Position numbers and translations under genes: made by a program. Below are positions 1 through 8,529 of a stretch of DNA of 64,000 nucleotides, one piece after another (position 1 is the first letter of the stretch; every line of letters starts with the position of its first letter). Source of the stretch: Sulfolobales archaeon HS-7 (lineage in GTDB: Archaea > Thermoproteota > Thermoprotei_A > Sulfolobales > Sulfolobaceae); assembly GCA_019704295.1 (NCBI GenBank), contig AP024596.1, positions 1,472,001 to 1,536,000 on the forward strand. The letters run 5' to 3'. The notes beneath the pieces are model-generated. The model was not told the DNA's origin, ran no database searches, and saw only the letters and a program-made list of their open reading frames with translations.

Positions 1-2
1 GT

Positions 3-923
3 ATTTCATTTATACAGGCTATAATAAGCCTGCTGGGCGGCGGCTTTGGCGGCGGTTTTAGCGGCGGTTTTATCTCATACTGTCTTGAGAACAGGAGATT
101 TGCTAAATTATCCTTTCATAAAAATTTAATTTTTAATACTTTTTCTAACTCCGTAAGGGTCCTTCTGAAAGTAGAAAATAATAAAGGGGTCTTTAATGCA
201 ACCAACACATTTTGCCAGATATCAGTTGAAATGAGCTTGAAAGGTGAAAACGAAAGTAGTCAGAGAAGGAATACGCACGATGATATAAGGAATTATATCA
301 TGAAAGAATGCAAATTCGAGGAAGAAAAGAAACCAGAAGGCTATAACGAGAGAGCATGGACTCCCTTAATAAACCCATATGATAGATACAGAGAGGTTAG
401 CGGAGAGCCCGTTTCCTGGAATATATGGGTGAGTAATGGAACGGGAATTGAAAATATGGTGTTCAAACATGTGGGAATAATTCCGAATAGGGGTTTTAAC
501 ATGGCAATACTAATGGATATCTACAAGACTGTAAATAAGGAATATATTTTGAGGATAAACAGCGAATATGGTCCTGAGGACAAACCCAAGCTTCTCTTGA
601 AGTTACCAATAGGAAATGATAAGATAGAAAAGATAACGATTAGTGTTGTTGCTGCGGGTAACAATGTTGAGACACCTGCTAGAGGAGAAGTAACTATAAA
701 GCCCGTATGCGATAAAGATAAGACAATTCAGGAGAAATCGGAGACGTCCAGAGATAAGGAATGCGATTATGAAATAGGACTCACAATTAATAAAACAGGC
801 ATTAGTAAAAAATTGGATACCATAATAAGGATTGTTATGTGTAAAGAGGACTCGAGACAAGTAAAATTTTCTGAAATCTTCAATAAATATAACATTAAAA
901 CAATAGACTGCAAAAGCGAATAG
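3..923 (+). CDS. Hypothetical protein, 5'-truncated by the window edge, with an N-terminal hydrophobic/Gly-rich segment
   Basis: The frame of ORF 231..923 stays open back to position 3 (ISFIQAIISLLGGGFGGGFSGGFISYC...), so the true start lies upstream of the window. No family recognised. Confidence 0.6.
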   Translation: MSFIQAIISLLGGGFGGGFSGGFISYCLENRRFAKLSFHKNLIFNTFSNSVRVLLKVENNKGVFNATNTFCQISVEMSLKGENESSQRRNTHDDIRNYIMKECKFEEEKKPEGYNERAWTPLINPYDRYREVSGEPVSWNIWVSNGTGIENMVFKHVGIIPNRGFNMAILMDIYKTVNKEYILRINSEYGPEDKPKLLLKLPIGNDKIEKITISVVAAGNNVETPARGEVTIKPVCDKDKTIQEKSETSRDKECDYEIGLTINKTGISKKLDTIIRIVMCKEDSRQVKFSEIFNKYNIKTIDCKSE

Positions 924-1156
924 TTTTTATAGAATATTTTACTTTTTATTAAATTATATACTTATACTTCTTTGTTAATCCTGGATCCCGCATCTCTTAA
1001 GAAAAAGAGCTGGCTCTCGAGATATTGGCGAAAAACCTTACACTTTATCAATCCTAATATACCCGTATTAGGAACTCAATTTCAGAGTCCTTCGATTTAG
1101 GTAACACTTTGTTAATCATATTTAAGGTTTATCAATCACTTTCGCAATACAATTTT

Positions 1157-1392
1157 ATGGAAAGTAAGATTGAGAAACACAAGAAACCCTTCACAATTAC
1201 GCAGATCGTTTTGATGGTAATGGCTAAAAGTCTTGGAAGTGCTGTAGCTTAGAATATCTCACTGAGAAGACGTTGGTAGATAAAGACGAGTTGTTGGTCT
1301 ATCTGTCCAGGACGGCGCAGAGGGGTAGAGAGGAAGTGGCATAAGGAGAGAGCAGGAAAAGATAGGATGTATTGTCTGAAGTATAAGGAGGG
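1157..1392 (+). pseudogene. plrA: PlrA (plasmid ORF80-type DNA-binding protein) pseudogene with two frameshifts
   Basis: Manual translation across frames gives MESKIEKHKKPFTITQIVLMVMAKS / CCSLEYLTEKTLVDKDELLVYLSRTAQRG / RKWHKERAGKDRMYCLKYKE, matching the Sulfolobales plasmid PlrA pattern. Confidence 0.8.
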
Positions 1393-1672
1393 AGATAATA
1401 TAAGTAAACCCGATGATAAATTCCTAGAGCATGCCAAAGCTTTTTCGTAAGTAGCCTACTCTGATTTAGAAGCAAGTAAACTTCTCTGGGAAGGCAATTA
1501 TTAAGTCCAACCATATTTATCTACAATCAACTGAGAAGATGTTCAGATTATTCAGAATTATGCATTAGTATTTTTTGTAGAATTTTTCAGAACAATTACA
1601 GAAGAACTACTAGGCTTCAGTAATATTAGAGTTAATAACTTAAAGATGCATCTCCAGTCGTTAAAAAGGGAT

Positions 1673-4600
1673 TCAAAAAGGGGAATCCTTTTTCTGTCTA
1701 ACCTCGTCCAGTGTTAATATACCCTTGTCGATCAGAACATTAACGTGATCCCAAGCATGTGACCTAACGTATTCACTCGGTGATTCAAGAAGTGAGAGAA
1801 AATGGTCCTTTTTCTGTCTAACCTCGTCCAGTGTTAATATACCCTTGTCGATCAGAACATTAACGTGATCCCAAGCACGTGACCTAACGTATTCACTCGG
1901 TGATTCAAGAAGTGAGAGAAAATGGTCCTTTTTCTGTCTAACCTCGTCCAGTGTTAATATACCCTTGTCGATCAGAACATTAACGTGATCCCAAGCACGT
2001 GACCTAACGTATTCACTCGGTGATTCAAGAAGTGAGAGAAATGCCTTGGAATCCTCCCTCGTTAATATACCCTTGTCGATCAGAACATTAACAATACTCC
2101 AAGCACGTGACCTAACGTATTCACTCGGTGATTCAAGAAGTGAGAGAAAATGGTCCTTTTTCTGTCTAACCTCGTCCAGTGTTAATATACCCTTGTCGAT
2201 CAGAACATTAACAATACTCCAAACAGTGATGCAAACATACTCGTCAGTTGCGCTCAGCATCCTTAAGATTAGATTATTAAAATGTGATTTGTATGGAGAT
2301 TCACGTACAGATGTAAGCCGTGATTTAAAGTCTGGTTTGTTAATCACGCCAGCAATCGGCCTCATCATGACCTCAAAGGTCTGAATTACATCGGCTTTAT
2401 CAGAATATCTTTCCAAAAGATATGCTATTACTTCCAATATCTTGACCTTAAAATCTTCGTCACTGAAATATGGGACCACGGAAATAGCGTCGAAAAGGAA
2501 AGTCGAAACGTTATTTGGCCTGCTGAAATAACGTTGGTGATTTTTAATATAACTTTCTGAGTCTTTATAAATTTGGAGAATTAACCTCCCGTAACTATTA
2601 CACACTTCTTTTAGCTCTTCCCTAATTCTATTAAGGTATTTATCAAATTCCTCAAAATCAAAGTTCGTTTTTCCCAGCTTCGTTATTAAATTTTCGTGCC
2701 CTAATTCATCCTCTAATTTATCTGGGATTTCCTCGCCGTCTAAATACCCTACCAAAATATTGTATCCTTCCTTCACCGAGCCGTGGATAGGAGATAGTAT
2801 TCCTCGGTGGTCCATTCGGAAAAACGGGAAGAAAGCGTTAACTTCCCCATTCTCCACTCTTACTACTCCTACCGTACCCTCCTGTACCGTGTCCCTTTGT
2901 AAGGAGATTAGGGAATCCAGAGCACGGTAGAGTAGGGAACTTTCCGTATTAAGACCAACTAAGCTCAACCTCTCCTTGTCAACAGCAGCGATCGGTACTC
3001 CTTTGCTTTCCAACATAGCCCCCAGTAGGGCAAGAATTAGGAGGAATTCCTTCTTACCACTTTCTGTTTCTAGGGGAATGTCTCCATTTTTAAAGTAAAA
3101 CTGTTGAATCTTCCTAAAGGCATATGTTTTAGGGTTCCGGTCTATTTCGTCTAGGTCTTCTTCGCTTATGTTCTCCTTTCCCTCTAGAAAGTACCTTAAT
3201 ACTACAGGCAGTCTGGCCCTCTTCACTATTTTTCGCTTCAACTCATCACTGATTTTTATGTTCTCAGATAGCATACTCTCCAGAATCTTCATTAATTCGT
3301 CTTCATTCGTGTTAATGCGGATTTCCTTGAACAGATTCCCCCGCTCCCTCAGTTTTCTCCATAAATCCCCCTTATGCAGATCTGCGAATCCCATCTCAGC
3401 TTTCTCCACAACGGATCTCCACATCGTCTCTTCCGTTGTGATGAGAATCGGACATTCCGCGTTGCCCTCTATAAACGCTTCATGTAGGACATTGGTTAAA
3501 TGTTCCTGCAACATGTTCGTGGTAACTCTACCGTCATCTAAAATTAAAAGGCACTTCCCATCCCTGGAGGGAGGATATTTAAATGTCCTTGGATCTTGGA
3601 TCGAATAAACCACAAATTTTCCTCCAGTTTCTCCTTCCGCTCTCTCCATCAACTTTTTCACGACGAGATAGGAGAACCAGCTCTTTCCCACTCCTGAAGG
3701 ACCTATTACGGCATAAAATAGGGGATTTCCCCTAAAGGTGGAGAGTTCTGATAAAGTATGTTTTCTCCAGCTGAGGATCTCATTGGCCAGTTCATTGACT
3801 TTCTCTTGCTTAATCTCAACTAGAGTTTCTTCGTTTACACCATAATATTCCTTAATTGAGTCCTTATCCTCTGGTTTTAACCCGGCTTGCTTAATTTGTC
3901 CCTCCTTGAGCCTGTTTATTTCCTCTTCATGCTTTTTTATTTCCTCTTCATGCCTGTTTATTATTTCTTCGAGTTTATCTATTCTTTCCTTTATCTTCTT
4001 GACCTCGCTCTCAAGCTCTGGCACTTTCCTTATGACTTCGTTCAGCTTCTTTATGTAATCCTCGGTAAAGATCTGCTTAAGTCTAGACAAAAACTCATCG
4101 TACCCCCCTCCCGGTCCCACAGGGGATAGCCAGCTTGAGAGGAAGCTGTAGCAGTCCCCGGGGTTGAGGCCGTATTTCTCGTCCAGTTTCTCGCACAGGA
4201 TCTCCCTCTTCTCCACCGGATATTCGTTCCAGGCCTTGTGTAGCTTTACGTACTTTCCAAGACCCGCGTCTTTCCTCTCCTCGTAAAAGCTAAGTATTAA
4301 TGACACTCCGAAGAGTATTACTGATGCTGGCAATAAAAATTCCGAGATAAGGCGAGACAGAGTAGGTAACAAAGGCCCCTTAAGGTATTCCAGGGTTTCG
4401 CCTAAAGCTCCCATCCCTTCGGAAAGGCTTAAACCAAAGGTCTCAAGCAGAAGCTCTTCCCTATGTCTCTCAAGTTCTTTCAATTTTTCAAGGATCTCTT
4501 CGCTTTTGCCAGCATGCTCTTCGATTACTCTCTCCAGAAGAGGTGGTATCAACAACCCATTACCCTCTAGCGGGGAGCCACCAAAGCTGGCCAGCTCAAG

Positions 4601-5992
4601 GAGGTGACACCTCTTTCTCCTTAGCTCTTCCTCGCTGAGGCCGGTTTCTCCCCTACGCTTGTCGGCTATCTTCTTTAAAAAGTACTCGAAAAGCCCTTCG
4701 GCGTCCTCTTTAGTAATCTTCGACTCGACAAGTACACTGCCTTCAGGGATCCAGCTTCTCTTTTCTTCTTTACCCTTTTTTCCAAAGACACGATTGAGTA
4801 GATCTTTTCCAAAGATAGGATTATGTAGATCCCCCCTCTTTTCACCCTTTAGGAACCGGATCTGGTAGTTGCTCCCCTCTATTAAGACCTTCCCGTGTAA
4901 TCTGTCCTTTATCTTCTCTGCGTAACCTTCGTCCATAGAGTAGTAGGGAAGTTCAACGTAGGAGTATTCTTCTGGAAGGATTCCCTTCTTCCTCGCCCTA
5001 AGGATCGCCATGGTCTTACCGGAATAACGATGACCAAAAAGGACCACGGGCACTCCTCTCTCCTTAGCTTTTTCCAAAGCTTCCTTCAGACTCGCGTCTA
5101 CGCTCAGCTCTACTCCGTAATCCGCGTAGTTTGGAAGGTCCTTAAATCCCTTACTTTCCCTCAAATAGACCATCAGCTCCTTGAGGAACTCTGAGGAAGT
5201 CTCCGGAATTGTTACCGCTTCCTCGATGTTCTTCTCTCCTCCAGGATGCACATCAAATGTGGGGACGTCCCCCAAGGCTTTCTTTACCTCTTCGTAAACA
5301 ACCTGCAGATCCTTATCTCTGAAGCTGTGCCCCACGACCAACAGGGGTACTCCGATGATGTGTCCCTTCATGCTGATGTAGATGGCTTCTCTATCTTCTT
5401 CAAATGACTTCAAGTCGTCCTGGGTGAGGACAATTTGTTTACTTTTTTCTTTGTCCTCTTCGTATATGTCGCCGTGAACCTTGTAAATCCTGATGTAGGC
5501 GTCAGTAGGTTGAGAGAAGTCGTCTTTGCTCTTTACCACGGTGTATCTCGTCGAGCCTTCATCTAATTTATCTTTAAGGGCGTCCTCAAGCTCCCGATCG
5601 AAGTTCGTTGTTATGATGTTGACTGTCAAGTGTTTCCCCTCTCTCTTCCAAGACTCTACCAAGGCCCTCAAGATTCTGGCCAGTAAAGAATAAGGATTCC
5701 TGAGGGAATCTCTTTTTAACCCTTCTTTCCTCTTCTTATCGAATATCTCCCTTATCTTTTTAATAATGTCTTCCCTCTTCACTCCCTTGTCGATTATATC
5801 CTTTACGACCGATTCAAGGTCTCCTGTCTGGACGTCGAATTCCTGGGCAAGGGCGGAGGCGAGCTCGTAGCTGAGAGGATAACCTAGCTCATAAGACACT
5901 TCCGCCCCTATAATTATTGTAGCTCCTCTTTCAGTGAGTAGATCAGCAAATTGCCTTACCTCAAGGGATACCACATCATACATATTTCGCAT
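1673..5992 (-). CDS. SIR2-domain + two P-loop NTPase (STAND-like) + coiled-coil + C-terminal HEAT-like repeat protein; putative NLR/Avs-like antiviral protein
   Basis: SIR2 motifs IIIGAEVS, TTNFD, KVHGD, VGHSFRD. Walker A GHRYSGKT and GPSGVGKS, Walker B LLILDDG, sensor PILITT. Also a hydrophobic segment, a heptad coiled coil and C-terminal 40-aa helical repeats. Confidence 0.85.
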   Translation of the reverse strand: MRNMYDVVSLEVRQFADLLTERGATIIIGAEVSYELGYPLSYELASALAQEFDVQTGDLESVVKDIIDKGVKREDIIKKIREIFDKKRKEGLKRDSLRNPYSLLARILRALVESWKREGKHLTVNIITTNFDRELEDALKDKLDEGSTRYTVVKSKDDFSQPTDAYIRIYKVHGDIYEEDKEKSKQIVLTQDDLKSFEEDREAIYISMKGHIIGVPLLVVGHSFRDKDLQVVYEEVKKALGDVPTFDVHPGGEKNIEEAVTIPETSSEFLKELMVYLRESKGFKDLPNYADYGVELSVDASLKEALEKAKERGVPVVLFGHRYSGKTMAILRARKKGILPEEYSYVELPYYSMDEGYAEKIKDRLHGKVLIEGSNYQIRFLKGEKRGDLHNPIFGKDLLNRVFGKKGKEEKRSWIPEGSVLVESKITKEDAEGLFEYFLKKIADKRRGETGLSEEELRRKRCHLLELASFGGSPLEGNGLLIPPLLERVIEEHAGKSEEILEKLKELERHREELLLETFGLSLSEGMGALGETLEYLKGPLLPTLSRLISEFLLPASVILFGVSLILSFYEERKDAGLGKYVKLHKAWNEYPVEKREILCEKLDEKYGLNPGDCYSFLSSWLSPVGPGGGYDEFLSRLKQIFTEDYIKKLNEVIRKVPELESEVKKIKERIDKLEEIINRHEEEIKKHEEEINRLKEGQIKQAGLKPEDKDSIKEYYGVNEETLVEIKQEKVNELANEILSWRKHTLSELSTFRGNPLFYAVIGPSGVGKSWFSYLVVKKLMERAEGETGGKFVVYSIQDPRTFKYPPSRDGKCLLILDDGRVTTNMLQEHLTNVLHEAFIEGNAECPILITTEETMWRSVVEKAEMGFADLHKGDLWRKLRERGNLFKEIRINTNEDELMKILESMLSENIKISDELKRKIVKRARLPVVLRYFLEGKENISEEDLDEIDRNPKTYAFRKIQQFYFKNGDIPLETESGKKEFLLILALLGAMLESKGVPIAAVDKERLSLVGLNTESSLLYRALDSLISLQRDTVQEGTVGVVRVENGEVNAFFPFFRMDHRGILSPIHGSVKEGYNILVGYLDGEEIPDKLEDELGHENLITKLGKTNFDFEEFDKYLNRIREELKEVCNSYGRLILQIYKDSESYIKNHQRYFSRPNNVSTFLFDAISVVPYFSDEDFKVKILEVIAYLLERYSDKADVIQTFEVMMRPIAGVINKPDFKSRLTSVRESPYKSHFNNLILRMLSATDEYVCITVWSIVNVLIDKGILTLDEVRQKKDHFLSLLESPSEYVRSRAWSIVNVLIDKGILTREDSKAFLSLLESPSEYVRSRAWDHVNVLIDKGILTLDEVRQKKDHFLSLLESPSEYVRSRAWDHVNVLIDKGILTLDEVRQKKDHFLSLLESPSEYVRSHAWDHVNVLIDKGILTLDEVRQKKDSPF
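1686..2222 (-). repeat. Intragenic tandem repeat, about 4.6 near-identical units of 120 bp (one of 108 bp), encoding HEAT-like repeats
   Basis: Lines at 1681/1801/1921 are almost identical. Protein unit W(SI/DH)VNVLIDKGILTLDEVRQKKDHFLSLLESPSEYVRS(R/H)A. Confidence 0.95.
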
Positions 5993-6248
5993 TCACTATT
6001 TAATATTAACTACTATTCAGGAATATTAACTGAGCTAACTTTCTTGGCGAGTGTTCTCAGCATTCATCTTATTCTATATGTATATGTAAAGTTATATTAA
6101 TAATAGGATATATTGTATTCACCTAGAATAGCCTTATTCAATAGTATTCGTCACCTAGATGACCATACCAACAATCTCCGGTAGGGTACTCTTTAACCAC
6201 CCTCTAAAACTATACCTCCTTACTAAACCGGTTAACGAGGTTATTTAC

Positions 6249-6409
6249 GGGCCGTTCACGCGTTCATTGCGAATTCGGTTTATTTAGAAAAATAAAGTAA
6301 ATTTAATTGAATACTATAGTATGGGCTACCAGAGATTCACACTCAACAATTTCCTTTATTTAATATCGTTTTGCAATAATTACAATTCGCAATGGAAACC
6401 TGAATCCCC
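6249..6409. mobile_element. About 160-bp MITE-like element with imperfect terminal inverted repeats
   Basis: Left end GGGCCGTTCACGCGTTCATTGCGAATT, right end AATTCGCAATGGAAACCTGAATCCCC. An inverted homologous copy lies at 60662-60823 and related copies near 27850 and 38944. Confidence 0.65.
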
Positions 6410-6602
6410 CCTCTCGCATAACCTCAATATGTTTTCTCACACCTGTAATAATATTGCAGTGATCCCATTCCTCTCACTATTTTGTATGCGTTTGGATTAT
6501 TACACGCTGAACTATTCTAATTTAACGAAGAGTATTACAATTCACAATGGACATGTGAGGCCCTTTTATCGGAGAAAATGACAGTTCTTGCGAATTATCC
6601 GG

Positions 6603-6967
6603 CTAAATTATTTCTATGTTCACACCTAAAGGCTTAATGTCTTGAAAATCCCTGTCCTTTGTCAGTAATACTTCGTTATTGGCGATAACTATCGAGGCTA
6701 TTAATATGTCCGAATCGCTCTTAATTTTACCGTTACCCTTCAGTGTTTTATGCATATTAGCTGCTATTTTCACCGAGTCTATCGCAGTGGGTAAATTATA
6801 ATTTGATCAAAAAAATCCCCTATACCGATGTTGTATTTACCCCTCACAATTTCATAGAAGTTTATTACAGTAGTTGCAATATTATTGAAATTATTTTTTA
6901 TAAAATTAAGTAAGTCCTTATCCCCTTTCATTATAGAAATTATTATGTTAGAATCAAGTACTACCAT
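6603..6967 (-). pseudogene. vapC: VapC PIN-domain toxin, frameshifted
   Basis: MVVLDSNIII stops at 6779. The C-terminal half (DSVKIAA...SDSDILIASIVIANNEVLLTKDRDFQDI) continues in another frame to the stop at 6603. Confidence 0.85.
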
Positions 6968-7196
6968 ATTCTCTAACTCTGAAACCCTTCCTGAACTCTT
7001 CTACCTCCTTTTCCAGTTCTGTAGCCTCTTCCTCGCTCAGAGTTCCGAATATTAGGTCTAACGCCTCTACCCTCCCCTTCCTGCTCTTATTATAATATTC
7101 AATTAATTCGTTTATAGCTTGGCTAAATGACTTACTACCTTTGAGCTTAGACAGCTTCTCGTAAACGTCATCTGAAATAGTTATAACTTTCGGCAT
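6954..7196 (-). CDS. vapB: VapB-type antitoxin
   Basis: MPKVITISDDVYEKLSKLKGSKSFSQAI pattern; overlaps the start of the PIN gene. Confidence 0.85.
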   Translation of the reverse strand: MPKVITISDDVYEKLSKLKGSKSFSQAINELIEYYNKSRKGRVEALDLIFGTLSEEEATELEKEVEEFRKGFRVREYGST

Positions 7197-8529
7197 ATGT
7201 AAGTATGCATATATAAAGTATTATTCATAAACGAAAGTCCAACCCTTCATCTCAACCTCCTGTATCAATGGTCCAAGTGTAGACCCTAAAGTTCAGGGGC
7301 TTTTTAGCCGAATAATGTCCTACAAAAATTGTTTATCAACACTAGGACCATTCACGCTTTCACAAATTTCACTTTATTAGTTTGAAATTAGCCCAATAAT
7401 TGTAGACTTTAACACTAAATGAGGGGCTAACAGGAAATAATACCATGGGGACTTAAATCGCCAAACTTTACCAAACATAACAATACCTTCACTCTCTCCA
7501 GTAAATAATAACGCTAATTACTTAAAATTCTAAAGAATTTTCTCAAATTAACTTACCACTTTTGCAATTGGTTCACTTTAAATATGGGAAAAGCTCAAAC
7601 CGACTTGAATGTATTCCGCAATTTCCGGCTACAGTGCGATTCACAGTCCCTTAATAATTGCAATCCCCTAGTGATAGGCACTGACTAATTCCTTAACGTG
7701 GATTGTACCCTGTAGTCACAATGGTACTTAATTAAATTTTACTTCTTTAAATAAACTAAATTTAAAATGTGAATTGCCATAGCACTTTCTTAATTTCTTA
7801 ACTTAATATCCTCAGGGAGACAATTCATCTTAGCAGTTGTTTAGCCGTTGACCTGGTATTTAGGTAATTGCCACTTTTGATCATGAAACGCTTATCCCGT
7901 ACTATTTGAGATTGGATATGACTTTTCCATAAGAGGAATGGACCCCATTTATTAGCAACCTGGGGGAGTGATTAAGGGCTCTAAATAAATCATTACATTT
8001 AACAGGAAGGAACCTTTGTTGAACTTCTCTAAGTGTTGTCTTGAACCTAGAGTTCGTTAAGGTCAAGGGGCATTCCCCACTTCCCTTTTTTTAACTGAAT
8101 AACCCATACCACGTTGGTATATTTACCTTTTGTGGGGTCATTAACCAGCGGCGAGGTTTCCCAACGAATTCGTGTAAAGTACATTTTACGTTTCATCAGA
8201 AAATTTACTCGGATACTTTCAATTCATGTAAATTCTCACCACTTTAGAAGTGACCCGGGAGTGTTCAACCCGGTCTTTTTCTACGTAACAGAGGATTAAC
8301 GTTAGATCACGTCAGAAAAGGTTTACCGCCAGATAGCGAAATGTAGAAAGATCACGTTTAAGTGTAGGGAAGCTCCATGATGGGGAACCCATGAGCGTCC
8401 CCAATCCCTTGAACAGGTAAGACTCGAACTGAGGTGAAGCTCTCCTCCCCTTTGCGTTTGCCCTAACTTTCAATACTCTATGTTGAAGTTCCCATGTGTT
8501 CACAGCTTTAACTCACTTCGCGACCCTCC

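Noticed and set aside
35-72. GGCGGC-TTT short tandem repeat
   Set aside because: Encodes GGGFGGGFSGGF within the open frame of the first CDS.
2046-4868. Plus-strand ORFs inside the SIR2-STAND gene, and similar antisense ORFs elsewhere
   Set aside because: Shadow frames of well-supported genes.
8250-8280. GTGACCCGGG...TTCAACCCGG resembling the att T-arm
   Set aside because: Short match with indels and in the opposite orientation; more likely a simple hairpin.
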